A stretch of DNA of 64,000 nucleotides, from positions 24,306,001 through 24,370,000 of the forward strand of contig CM059432.1 of the NCBI GenBank assembly GCA_030390025.1. The letters run 5' to 3'. This document shows, piece by piece, positions 12,712-25,178 of this stretch; the stretch's first letter is position 1; every line of letters starts with the position of its first letter. A model generated the notes under the pieces. That model was not told the origin of the DNA. It did no database searches and was given only the letters and a program-made list of their open reading frames with translations. Origin of the DNA: Squalus acanthias. Taxonomy: Eukaryota. A program made the position numbers and the translations under genes.

Positions 12712-14540
12712 CTATCTCGACACCTTGGGCGGGCGTCCTCTGGGGTGCCGAGCCTGTGAGGGCTCGCCAACAGTCTGCTGCTCCTGCGGCTGTGCAGGGG
12801 TTGAGACGCCGATCTCAGTTGGGTGTGGACTCTGGTGGGGCTCTGACCGAGGACTTGTCAGTGGCATGGAAGTGTGAGCACTTGGAGAGGAGCCCACACT
12901 TCCTTGTTCTCTGCCACCATCATCCCTCTCATGGGTCAGGTCCACCTCAGCGCTTGCAAGTGGCTTGAGAGCACCTTGCTGCACATCAGGGGGGCTATGG
13001 GGACCCGTATCTGCACTGGCAGTCCTACTCAGAAGGACTTCCATGAAGGTCTGGTTTCTCTGTTCAATAGATGTCCATTGCTCCTCCAGAGATGTCATTC
13101 TATTCAGAACACTCACCATGTTTTCTGCACTCTGGCGACTTATCACCTCCATGGAGGTTGCCATCCTTTCCATGGAGATGCGTTCATGCGCCAATGACTC
13201 CGCAAAGGCTCTGCTCATGTTCGCAATGGACTCTTCCATTCGCTCCACACTTGCAGCGACCCTGGAGACAAAACCTGCCAGAGACTCCTGCATCTGTTCC
13301 TGGAGTTCCAGCACCGCTGTTCTTCTGGATGGACCTAGAGGCAGAGGGTCGACATGCAGCTGAGCCGAGCTGGGAGAGTCCTGCGCCCTCCAACGAGGAC
13401 TCTCCACTGCTTTCCCTGTCTCCACCATCTGCTGATGCTCACTTGTGAGCTGTGATATACCAGGTGACAACACTACTCTATCTCGCGAGGGTCCCACCAA
13501 GGTGTGAGTCTCTGCACTGGTGCTGGCCTGGCTGAATTGTGTTGACGCTGCACCCTCAGAGGTTTCAGCTTCCTCTGAGGAGTCTTGAGCCTCAGGCTGT
13601 TCCTCCTGGATGGTGGGGACGGGTGCTTGTGATGGATGGTCCTGTGGAGGAGTAAAGGAAAAAGTCAGAGATGTGAGGCCAAGGTGACATGCACAGTGCA
13701 TATTGCAGATGATCATAAGTCCAACTGTTAGAGCTTCAGAATCATTATCAGCGACTCATGCAATGTCAATGAGAGAGATGAACAACTATTCTGTCACCAG
13801 CTTGCTCTGCTGCGCCCGTCTGCCCGTCCCCCACTTGCGCATCATCATCGAGTCCCACGATCTCCAGGGCCGCTTCCTCCCAGGTGGTGAGCTGGGCTAC
13901 TGAGGGTGGCCCTCCTCCTGTCCTCGCTCTTTCACGCTTATTGTGAGCTCTCTTTTCCTGCAATGAGGGAGACAAGTGGTGTTTGAGTGAGAATGAAGGG
14001 GAGAGTTTATAGAATCCATCTCATAGATGCTTATAAGGAGGCAAAGATGGAGTGAGGTGGCAAGACCAAGGGCCCATCCTGTGTGTTGTAAGCTGTTTGC
14101 ATAGCATGACACTGATAGGGAGTGTGAGGGCTGCATAGTGGAATAGTTAGGTGAATGTGACCATAGAGAGAGAGGGAATGGGTAAGGGTGCAGGGATGTC
14201 AGTGTCAAGTGGGGTGTGAAGGAAGAGGTTGCTAAAGCTGAGTGCTGGTGAGGAGAGGCAAAGGGCATCAGATTGAGGGTGATGGGAAAGTCATACTCAC
14301 TTTTCTAGTGCGCACAAGGTCATGAAATCTTTTGCGGCATTGAATCCAAGATCTGTTGATCAAGGATAGAGAAGTCACCTCCTGGGCCACGTGGAGCCAC
14401 ACAGCCTTTGTTTGCTAAGGAGGCTTCTTTCTCCCTGAAGAAGGGAAGAGCACCTCCTTATGATCTCTTGCTCCATCTATCAGGGCTTGCAGGGCGGTGT
14501 CCTCGAATCTTGGAGCAGACTTGGGTTTGTTGGTACACAT
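12712..14540 (-). pseudogene. Harbinger Myb/SANT-like gene, 3 exons (14540-14301, 13957-13798, 13641-12712)
   Basis: APRFEDTALQAL...W...RSWIQCRKRFHDL|EKRAHNKRERARTGGG; GT-AG introns; in-frame TAG at 14415-14417 and a frameshift near the start of exon 3. Confidence 0.85.
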
Positions 14541-16369
14541 GATGCCTCCAGGTCAATGTAGGAACAAAGGCCAGAAGGTTGGCAGTCTGCAAAGGAAGCA
14601 AGGCCTCTTGCAGACCTTAAAAGCAGCAGCAATGATGACATCATCAGAGGCGACTTTCAGACTGGAAAAGCTAATTGGGCCAGGGGTTCCCATACACTGG
14701 AACTCAATTGCCCAATCAAGGGAAAATCACGTTTGTTACACACATCTCATGAGAATCGTGTGGATAACACGGAATTCAGATAACACGACCCCAACCCGCC
14801 CCAGTATCAAAATCCAGCCCTTACCCTCGAGTTCTAGACCCTCCAGTCAGGGGAAACAGCCTCTCAGCATCTACCTTGTCAAGCTCTCTAAGAATTTTAT
14901 ACATTTCAGTGAGGTCAACTCTCATTCTTCTAAACTTCAGAGAATATAGTCCCTTACACTTCTTTCACTGCTCCAGTTGAGACCAGTTAACAGTACCGAT
15001 TAAGGATCAAGTCTGGGGCTCATCTGGTCGATATGGTACCAAGCACCGCAGAGCCAGACAGTGACGGCTCATTTGGAGATGGTGGTGGGTGTATATGCTT
15101 CATTCAGCTGACAGTCCAGGCCGCGTACAGATGAAATGTATCTCAACTGTGGACTAGCTGGATCTCAGCATTCATTGCTTTTCTTCACACGCACATATAA
15201 GAAAAAAAAATGTAATCCTTTCAATATTTCAGTGTCTTATTATGCAGCTGCTGCACCGTTGGCACTGTCTCACAGCTAGCAGGTTTTCAGCTGTTCAGAA
15301 TAGAAATCGGAAAAGGGGAAAAGGCTATCTGCCTCAAACAGCTCAATCCTTTAAAGCCATGGATGCAATATCTTGCAGCGCACTTCATTGTGTTTTTGTT
15401 CTAAACTAATAGTCTCTGATGGGAGATAACAAGAAGCAATAGAACAGATGTGACATGCAGAGAGCAGTATGTGATACAAACAAACGTTTTAGCAGAGATA
15501 TTGCAGCGATGCACTGCGCTACGTTCTTTCAGTAAAGCTCCGTAATTTTAGAAAATTCCACCCAGCAGGAAGTGAGCATTGTAAAGGCTCCATGTTGTGT
15601 AATAAGGGAGAAGAGCTGAATACATAAAAGAAAAGACAATGTCTAAAGGATTTTTTTTCCCCCCGTGGTGGATGAATGAACTGAGATTAAGAGCAGACAT
15701 AGTCAAAGCCAGCAGGAGGGGAATAGACTTAGCTGAACCTGCAGTTATACATTTTAATGGCAGGTTTTGGAAGAGTTTAAACTATCAGGATGCACAATGC
15801 TCTCACTTTTTTTTTAAATTCAATTGCAATTGATAAGTGCATAACTACAATTGTGTAAAGAAATTTCCTGCTCAAGTCAGGATCAGACCTGGATTGAGTT
15901 TTCAGTAGAAAAAGAAAACAAAATGAATGCCGGAATTTCGAAATGAAAATGGGAAATACTGGAGATGAGCAGCATGAGAGAAAGAAGGATTGGTTAGCGC
16001 TTCAGTTAGAAACTCTTCGTCAAGACAGTTGAGGAAGATTTTCACTGGCTCCACCAGACGGAAACAGGAAGATGCCCTGAAAATCATGAGGGACAAATTA
16101 TCGCCCTCCCCACACAGCCCTCCCCTTCCCCACATTTCGGCTCCCAAACTGTCCGATATTATCTGAAAGGGGCCTACTGCTGGGAGGCCGGAGAGCCCGC
16201 CTATTTCTGGCAGTATGCCATTTTAATACACAAATCGGGGTGCTATTATGCAATGTAATAATCATGGGGTTTTCAACTACCCAGATATTAATTGGACAGA
16301 AGAGGTAGGTAAAGGAGTTCCTACACTGTGTACAGGACTCCATTCCAACCCAATATGTAAAAAGCCCAA

Positions 16370-18110
16370 AAATAAAAACAGAAATGCTGGAAATACTCAG
16401 CCAGTCAGGCAGCATCTGTGGAGAGAGAAACAGAGTTAATGTTTCAGGTGGATGACCCTTTGTCAGAACTGGAAAAAGCTGGAACAGGTTTTCAAGCAAG
16501 TGCAGGGGCAGGGAAAGGGGGGAGGGGAGGAAAGGACAAAAGGGAAGGTCTGTGAGAGGATGGAAGGCAGGAGAGATTAAGAGACATTAAGAGATGGTGC
16601 AAGGCAAAAGGAGATGGTAATGGGACAAGTTAAAAAAACAAAAGATGGCTCTAGATGAAGTGTAAATGGCACTGGCAGAATGAAAGACAGCTGCCATGTG
16701 GGAGAGAGAAAAAAAAAATGGAAAAAGAAAAGAAGGATGGGGCAGAGGTTATGGTCTGAAATTGTTGAACTCTTATGTTAAGTCCAGAAGGCTGTAAAGT
16801 GCCTAATCGAAATATGAGGTGCTGTTCCTTGAGCTTACGTTGAGCTTCATTGGAACAGTGTAAGAGGCCGAGGACGGTGAGGTCAGAGTGGGAGTGGAGC
16901 GGAGAATTAAAGTGACAGGCGACCGGACGCTCGGGGTCTCCCTTACAGACTGAATGGAGGTGTTCCGCAAAACGGTCACCCAATCTGCGTTTGGCCTCCC
17001 CAAAGTAGAGGAGACCGCATCGTGAGCAGCGAATACAGTATACTAAATTGCAAGAAGTACAGTAAATCGCTGTTTCACCTGGAAGGAGTGTTTGGGGCCC
17101 TGGACAGTGGGAAGGGTGGAGGTAAAAGGGCAGGTGTTGCATCTCCTGCGCTTGCACGGGAAGGTGCCGGGTGAAGGGGAAGGGGTGTTGGGGGTGATAG
17201 AGGAGTGGACCAGGGTGTCGTGTAGGGAGCGGTCCCTTCGGAATGCTGAAAGGGGAGGTGAGGGAAAGATGTGTTTGGTGGTGGGATCACACTGGAGGTG
17301 GCGGAAATGGCAGAGGATGATCCGTTGAATGTGTAGGCTGGTGGGGTGAAATGTGAGGACAAGGGGATCCCTATCGTGGTCCCGGGAGGGAGGAGTAGGG
17401 GTGTGAGCAGAAGTGCAGGAAATGGAATGGACACGGTCAAGGGCCGTGTCAACCACAGTAGAGGGGAATCCTCAGTTGAGGAAAAAGGAAGACATGTCAG
17501 AAGCACTAGTATGGAAGGTGGCATCGTCAGAGCAGATGCGGCGGAGACGGAGACACTGGGAGAATGGAATAGAGTCCTTACAGTAAGCGGGGTGGGAGGA
17601 AGTGTAGTCCAGATAGCTGTGGGAGTCAGTGGGCTTGTAGTGAATGTTTGTCAATAGCCTATCCCCAGAGATGGAGACAGAGAAGTCGAGGAAGGGAAGG
17701 GAAGAGTCGGAGATGGACCATGTGAAGGTGAGGGAAGAGTGGAAATTGGAAGCAAAGTGAATGAAATTTTCTAGTTCAGGGCGAGAGCAGGAAACAGCAC
17801 CGATCCAGTCATCAATGTACTGGAAAAAGAAGTGAGGGAGGGGACCTGAGTAGAACTGGAACAAAGAATGTTCCACATAGCGCACGAAAAGGCAGGCATA
17901 GCTGGGACCTATGCAGGTTCCCATAGCAACACCTTTAATTTGGAGGAAGAGAGTGGAGTCAAAGGAGAAGTTGTTCAATGTGAGTACAAGGTCAGCCAGG
18001 TGGAGGAGGGTGGTGGTGGATGGGGACTGGTTGGGCCTCTGTTCAAGGAAGAAGCGGAGCGCCCTCAGGCCAACCTGGTGGGGGATGGAGGTGTAGTGGG
18101 ATTGGATGTT
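16370..18110 (-). mobile_element. Penelope-like element (RT + GIY-YIG + pLTR), 5'-truncated and frameshifted
   Basis: GVAMGT...PSYACLF, YIDD, YKPTDSHSYLDY, NLVYCIRCSRCGLLYFGE, GLN; 10-bp TSD AAAAGCCCAA at 16360-16369 and 18111-18120. Confidence 0.92.
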
Positions 18111-18759
18111 AAAAGCCCAACAAGATATGGATTCGTTATTGTATCTAGTAATGGGGAATGAACCAGAGCAGATAAGAGAAGTAAAAGTAGGGGAACATCT
18201 AGGCAATAGTGACCATAATATGATATGCTTTAAGATATTAATTGAGAAAGACGTAAGTATGACAAAGACCAGTGTAATAGATTGGAGAAAAATGATTTTG
18301 AGGGGCTGAGAATAGAACTTGGGAAAATAAAATGGGCAACAATATTGGCAAACAATGATGTAGAACAGCAATGGGAAACATTTAAAACGGTGTTCAACAG
18401 AGACCAGGAAAAATATATTCTGCTAAAAAACAAGAACATGCTAAACACTAATGAGACACCATGGATGAATAAAGCCATAAGGGAAAACTTGAGAGTAAGG
18501 AAAGAGGCATACATTAAGTACATGGACAGCAAGGGAGAGCATGACAAGAGATAATATGAAGAAATTAGGAGAAAAGTAAAAAAAACAATTATGAAGGCAA
18601 GAGGAACTATGAAATTAAATTATCAAGGAACATAAAACAAAATAGTAAAATATTTTACAGGCACGTAAATAAAAAAAGGAAGGTCGGGATGGGAATAGGG
18701 CCACTAAGGGATGGACAGGATAATGCCACAGGCAACGGTAGAGAGATGGCCGAGATAAT

Positions 18760-19524
18760 GGGCCGGATTTTCCGATGGAGGCTTCCTGCGTGTGGATGCC
18801 TCTGATCGGGAAAAATCTACACACTTATTTGTTGGCTCCGTACGTCCCGAGACCTCCGATCCTGGGCCTCCCCTGGTCTGCGCGCGCAGAGGCCCAGGTA
18901 TCCTGGGGGCGCATGCGGTTTGCAAGTGTCCCTGGGATTATGCGGGCCATGGGGAAACAATCAAAGAAGGGAATCCCCCTGCACACTTTTGACAGGTCTC
19001 TACTCATAGATCTGTCAAAAGTATGAATGGGATCACTTAAAAAACAGTTAAACATTAAATACATTTTTTTAAAATCACATATTTAAAATTAGTTAAAATT
19101 ACATTAAAATAAATAATTTAAACAAAAATTAAATTTTTTGAAAAAATAATTAAAGTTTTTTTATGGGGCTAAAAGTAAACTTACCTTTTTTAAAAGTATT
19201 TTTAAATTATAAATGAGTGAAAGAAAAATTATTTAAAATTTTTTTAAACTCTTATATGGTAAAAGCAAGCCTTACGCATGCTTTTACCAGGCGTAAGATT
19301 TTTAAAGGTTTTTCAGCGGGCGGAGGTTGTGCAGAAAGCGGAACTCCCTGCCCGCGGAAGCCCTTCTCCCGGGCAGGCGGATGATCTGTCAAGAGTATTC
19401 TTGACAGATCGGAAGTGCCAGGTTTTAGTACATGCGCTTCACATGCCTGAAACCGGCACTTGCGAGGCCCCTACGGGAGTGTACACGCCTCGTACACACC
19501 CGTGGAGGTCGGAATATCCGGCCC
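18760..19524. mobile_element. Harbinger-type MITE (related to 34751-35510)
   Basis: TIRs GGGCCGGATTTTCCGA / TCGGAATATCCGGCCC; flanks AAT / ATT; AT-rich core. Confidence 0.88.
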
Positions 19525-21459
19525 ATTAACTAATTACTTTGCTTCAGTATTTACCAGGGAGATAGAACAGGTGGAGATTACATTGAATGATGATACTAGC
19601 AAGGAGATAACTGCATTTAAGATAAAACGAGGAGATATATTAAATAAACTAATGAAACTCAAAGAGGATAAAACCCCTGGTCTGGACGGATTACATTCGC
19701 ATTTTAAAAGAATCTAGGGAAGAGATAGCAGAGGCATTACTACACATATTTAATAATTCATTCGAAAAGGGTGCAGTGCCAGAGGACTGGCAGATAGCTA
19801 ACGTAATACCTATATTTAAGAAGGGAGATAGAACATGTCCAGAGAACTATAGACCAGTCAGCTTAACATCGGTGGTAGGAAAAATAATAGAATCCCTGCT
19901 AAAGGAGAAAATGGAAGAACATCTAGAAACCAAAAATATAATAATGAATAGTCAGCATGGATTTCAAAAGGGAAAGTCTTGCTTGACCAATCTCATTGAA
20001 TTTTTTAAAGAGGTAACAGAGAGAGTAGACAAGGGTAATGCAATAGCTATAATTTACTAGATTTTCAAAAGGCCTTCGATAAGGTACCACATAATAGACT
20101 AATGAATAAGGTCAGGAAATGTGGAGTCAGGGGACAAGTAGCACAATGGTTAGCTAGCTGGCTTCAAGACAGAAAACAGAGAGTAGGGGTAAAAGGTAGC
20201 TATTCAGAGTGGCAGAAGGTGGGAAGCGGTGTTCCACAAGGATCAGTGCTGAGACCACTGTTGTTCATACTTTATATTAACGATTTAGACTTTAGAATCA
20301 AAAACACAATTTCTAAATTTGAGGACGACACCAAATTAGGGGGGATAGTCAATACTGAGGAGGACTGCAACAAATTAAAAGAAGACATTAATAAACTTGC
20401 AGAATGGGCATATATTGGCAAATGAAATTCAACACAGATAAATGTAAGGTACTACATTTTGGTAAGAAAAATAGGGAGGTCACATATTACTTGGAAAATA
20501 AGAATTTAAATGGGGTAGAGGAGCAAAGGGATCTCGGAGTACAAATACACAAATCACTAAAAGTATTGACACAGGTTAACAAAGCCATTAAAAAAGCAAA
20601 CCAAGCACTAGGGTTTATTTCTAGAGGGATAGAATTGAAAAGTAGTGAAGTTATGCTAAACTTGTATCAAACCTTGGTTAGACCACACTTGGAGTACTGC
20701 ATACAATTCTGGTCACCGTATTATAAAAAGGATATAGAGGCACTGGAGATGGTGCAGAGAAGATTTACAAGGATGATACCAGAAATGCGAGGGTATACCT
20801 ATCAGGAAAGGATGATCAGGCTGGGTCTCTTTTCTCTTGAAAAGAGAAGGCTGAGGGGTGACCTAATAGAGGTCTTTAAAATCATGAAAGGTTTTGATAG
20901 AGTAGATACAGAGAGAGTGTTTCCACTTGTGGGGAAGAGAAAAACTAGAGGCCATCAATATAAGATAGTCACCAAGAAATCAAATAGGGAATTCAGAAGA
21001 AACTTCTTTACCCAGAGAGTGGTGAGAATGTTGAACTCGGTACCACAGGGAGTGGTTGAAGTGAATAGTATAGATGTATTTAAGGGGCAGTTAGATAAGC
21101 ATATGAGGGAGAAGGGAATAGAGGGTTATGCTGATAGAGTTAGATGGGGAAAGACGGGAGGAGGCTCGAGTGAAGCATAAAAGCCGACATGGACTGGTTG
21201 GGCCAAATGGCCTGTTTCTGTGCCATATATCCTATGTAATGTGGGCCAAGATTGGTGTCAACTAACCATCTACTCCTTATTTACCTCATCTCTTTTACTC
21301 GCTTCACCTTTTGTGGTATTCTGCACTGGAACCTTAACTCTTCACCTATTTTTCTCAATTAACAAAATAATAGCTTAATATCTATCCACTTTGAATTATT
21401 TTACAATTTATATCCTACTAAACCAGGAAAATACAGGAACCATTACCAGGGTTGGTATG

Positions 21460-21932
21460 TTTTTTTTAATTTATTCATTCATGGGATGTGGGCGTCGCTG
21501 GCAAGGCCAGCATTTATTGCCCATCCCTAATTTCCCTTGAGAAGGTGGTGCAGTCCATGTGGTCAAGGTACTCCCACAGTGCTGTTAGGGAGGGAGTTCC
21601 AGGATTTTGACCCAGCGACGATGAAGGAACGGCGATATACTTCTAAGTCAGGATGGTGTGTGACTTGGAGGGGAACTTGGAGGTGGTGGTGTTCCCATGT
21701 GCCTGCTGCCCTTGTCCTTCTAGATGGTAGAGGTCGCAGATTTGGGAGGTGCTGCCGAAGAAGCTTTGGCAAGTTGCTGCAGTGCATCTTGTAGATGGTA
21801 CACACTGCAGCCACGGTACGCCAGTGGTGGAGCGAGTGAATGTTTGAGGCGGTGGATGGGGTGCCAATCATGGGGCTGCTTTGTCTTGGATGGTGTCAAG
21901 CTTCTTGAGTGTTGTTGGAGCTGCACTCATCC
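21460..21932 (-). mobile_element. Zenon-like CR1-clade LINE 3' fragment
   Basis: Same 3' sequence as 6955-7972 with an A-rich tail. Confidence 0.85.
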
Positions 21933-22054
21933 ATGTGATCAGGCATCAGGAGTTGAGATCTTTGTTGGCAATTTATCCTTACCTCTAAACTGGGACATCA
22001 TATTATTGCATTGTACTCCACCAAATAGGCCAGCAATGAAATTGCCAAAAGAGC

Positions 22055-22300
22055 GAGAGGAGAGATGAGGAGAATTGTTTTTATGCAGCAATTTGTTATA
22101 ATCTGGAATGCACTGCCTGAAATAGTAGTGGAAACAGATTCAATAGTAACTTTCAAAAGCTAATTGGATATATGCATGAAGGTGAGAAAATTGCAGGGCT
22201 ATGGGGAAAGAGCAGGGGAGTGGGACTAATTGGGTAGCTCTTTCAAAGAGCCAGCACAGGCATGATGGGCGAAATGGCCTCTTTATGTGCTTTAAGATTT
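22055..22300 (+). mobile_element. CR1 3' fragment
   Basis: CR1 C-terminus (WNALP) and 3' UTR. Confidence 0.75.
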
Positions 22301-22301
22301 T

Positions 22302-22536
22302 ATGAGAAGTCGCACAACACCAGGTTATAGTCCAACAGTTTTATTTGAAATCACAAGCTTTCGGAGCTATTGATCGCCCCTTCCTCAGGTGAAGGGGCGA
22401 TCACCTGAGGAAGGGGCGATCGATAGCTCCGAAAGCTTGTGATTTCAAATAAAACTGTTGGACTATAACCTGGTGTTGTGCGACTTCTCATTTTTGTCCA
22501 CCCCAGTCCAACACCGGCATCTCCGCATCATGACCA
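22302..22536. mobile_element. Penelope-derived fold-back mini-element (family B) with two hammerhead motifs
   Basis: ~90-bp inverted arms plus unpaired tail; TTAAGATTTTATGA duplicated at 22292-22305 and 22537-22550; same sequence as the ends of 29585-30663. Confidence 0.85.
22401..22442 (+). ncRNA. Minimal type I hammerhead ribozyme motif (mirror copy on - at 22351-22392)
   Basis: TCAC-CTGAGGA-A-GGGGC..GCTCC-GAAA-GCTT-GTGA. Confidence 0.65.
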
Positions 22537-24449
22537 TTAAGATTTTATGACCTCTATAAAGCCACAAACTCACAACCAGCAGATTTTGAATAACAAATGG
22601 TCCCAGGGAATAAATAATTGTTGTAGCCTAGGCTGAGAAGCATGTGGTCCATTATTTATCAGTTTTATCAAGTTTTACAACAAAATGTAACTCTATGTGC
22701 AAAACCTGAGCTTTATCCTGTTTAAGCAATATAGATATATCTTATATTTTTCAGTTTTCCATTTGCCCAACAAGTGAAAAGAAACTCTTGCTGTATAGGA
22801 ATGTGCAGTCATTTGAATGGTGCAGTTGAAGTCAGTCTTCAATTTTCTTGCATTTTCCTTCAGTTGATAACTACAGTTGTCGTCACTCATACACACTTGT
22901 CAAGTCTCCTTCATTTGGTGTGACAATCACTTAGTTTTGTTTAAAAATGTAACTTACTTTGACGTATCTCTCCCTGAAAAATAAACGCATCTCACCATAT
23001 GTTTAAATGGGCTTGCAATTTGCCTCACTCTTTTTAAACATAAATTTCACTCCTAACTATTATTCAGTTTTGACAGCTCTGCTCATCTTCTTGCATTATC
23101 CAGACTCAGTGCTGTTGGGCAAGGCATGGCTTTGGTCTCATCAGAATATAGCTGTAGTGGCTTCGTAACAACTGAGATTCTTAAGCCTCTGGGAAGACAA
23201 GGGATAACAACAAACTTGCAGAACAGCAGTTAATACCCTATTGTTTAACTCTTTCACAAGGGAGACAGATAATTACATAGGAATACATTACATAGGATAT
23301 ACGGCACAGAAACAGGCCATTCGGCCCAACCAGTCCATGCCAGCGTTTATGCTCCACATGAGCCTCCTCCCGTCTTTCCTCATCTAAATCTATCAGCATA
23401 ACCCTCTATTCCCTTTTCCCTCATATGCTTGTCTAGTCTCCCCTTAAATGCATCGATACTATTCGCTTCAACCACTCCCTGTGGTAGCGAGTTCCACATT
23501 CTCACCACTCTTTGGGTAAAGAAGTTTCTTCTGAATTCCCTATTGGATTTCTTGGTGACTATCTTATATTGATGGCCTCTAGTTATGCTCTTCCCCACAA
23601 GTGGAAACATTCTCTCTGTATCCACTTTATCAAAATTTTTCATAATTTTATAGACCTCCATTAGGTCATCCCTGAGCCCTCCCCCTCAAGAGAAAAGAGA
23701 ACCAGCCTGTTCATCCTTTCCTGATATGTATACCCTCGCATTTCTGGTATCATCCTTGTAAATCTTCTCTGCACCCTCTCCAGTGCCTCTATATCCTTTT
23801 TATATGGCGACCAGAACTCCAAGTGTGGTCTAACCAAGGTTCGATACAGGTTTAGCATAACTTCCCTACTTGTCAATTCTATCCCTCTAGAAATAAACCC
23901 TAGTGCTTGGTTTGCTTTTTTTATGACCTTGTTAACCTGTGTCGCAACTTTTAGTGATTTGTGTATTTGTACTCCTAGATCCCTTTCTTCCTCTACCCTA
24001 CCTAGACTCGCACCCTCCAAGTGATAAATGACCTCCCTATTCTTCCTACCAAAATGTAATACGTTACATTTATCTGTGTTGAACTTCATTTGCCAATTAT
24101 ATGCCCATTCTGCAAGTTTAATGTCCTCCTGTAACTTGTTGCAGTCCTCCTCAGTATTGACCATCTCCTACCCCCCCTCCCCACCCCCCACTTCCCGCCC
24201 CCGCGATGTGGTGTCATCCACAAATTTAGAAATTGTGTTTTTGATTACTAAGTCTAAATCGTTAATGTGAACAGCAGTGGTCCCAGCACTGATCCTTATG
24301 GAACACCTCTACCCACCTTCTGCCACTGTGAATAGCTACCCTTTACTCCTACCCTCTGCTTTCTGTCCTGGAGCCAGCCAGCAATGTATTATAAAAACTA
24401 TTATGGAAATACTCAGCAGGTCAGGCAGCATCTGTGGAGAGAGAAACAG

Positions 24450-24486
24450 AGTTAACGTTTCAGGTCGATGACCCTTCGTCAGAACT
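24450..24486 (-). ncRNA. Hammerhead ribozyme motif in Penelope pLTR
   Basis: AGTT-CTGACGA-AGGGTC ATC GACCT-GAAA-CGTT-AACT on the minus strand. Confidence 0.65.
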
Positions 24487-25178
24487 GGAAAAAGCTGGAG
24501 ATGGAACAGGTTTTTAAGCAAGTGTAGGGGCAGGGAAAGGGAGGAGGGGAGGAAAGAACAAAAGGGAAGGTCTGTGATAGGATGGAAGGCAGGAGAGATT
24601 AAGAGACATTAAGAGACATTAAGAGATGGTGCAAGGCAAAAGGAGATGGTAATGGGACAAGTTAAGAAACAAAAGATGGCTCGAGATGAAGTGTAAATGG
24701 CACTGGCAGAATGAAAGACAGCTGCCATGTGAGAGAGAGAAAAAAAAATGGAAAAGAAAGATAGGGATAGAGGTTATGGTCTGAAATTGTTGAACTCTAT
24801 GTTGAGTCCAGAAGGCTCTAAAGTGCCTAATCGAAAGATGAGGTGCTGTTCCTTGAGCTTACGTTGAGCTTCACTGGAACAGTGTAAGAGGCCGAGGACA
24901 GTGAGGTCTGAGTGGGAGTGGAGCGCAGAATTAAAGTGACAGGCGACCGGAAGCTTGGGGTCACCCTTACGGACGAAACGGAGGTGTTCCACAAAGCGGT
25001 CACCCAATCTGCATTTGGTCTCCCCAGTGTAGAGGAGACCGCATTGTGAGCAGCGAATACAGTATAATAAATTGCAAGAATTACAATTAAATCGCTGTTT
25101 CACCTGGAAGGAGAGTTTGGGGCCGTGGACAGTGGGAAGGGTGGAGGTAAAAGGGCATGTGTTGCATCTCCTGCGCTT

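Larger units (their letters stand above)
11666..14820. mobile_element. Non-autonomous PIF/Harbinger (transposase internally deleted, Myb gene pseudogenised)
   Basis: Ends GGGCTCGATTTT / AAAATCCAGCCC; convergent two-gene layout like 59843-64000. Confidence 0.9.
11403..14950 (-). mobile_element. CR1 3' end split by the Harbinger insertion 11666-14820
   Basis: CR1 sequence ...ctgagactat resumes as ...gttctagacc after 14820. Confidence 0.8.
16230..21240 (+). mobile_element. CR1 LINE ORF2 (endonuclease to 3' tail) split by a Penelope (16370-18110) and a MITE (18760-19524)
   Basis: FNYPDINW, HLGNSDHN, NYRPVSLTSVVGK, QHGFQKGKSCLTNL, GVPQGSVL, ORF 20404..21180, TATGTAA-type tail. Confidence 0.92.

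Noticed and set aside
15915..16030. Additional hammerhead/pLTR
   Set aside because: Resembles the family A pLTR but the core is too degenerate to call.
17472..18371. 299-aa ORF as a novel membrane-anchored RT
   Set aside because: The hydrophobic N-terminus is antisense CR1 sequence read across the Penelope insertion junction at 18110.
22755..22829. Plus-strand terminal exon (FSICPTSEKKLLLYRNVQSFEWCS* or FHLPNK*)
   Set aside because: Good acceptor but frame undetermined and no recognisable homology; too weak to list.
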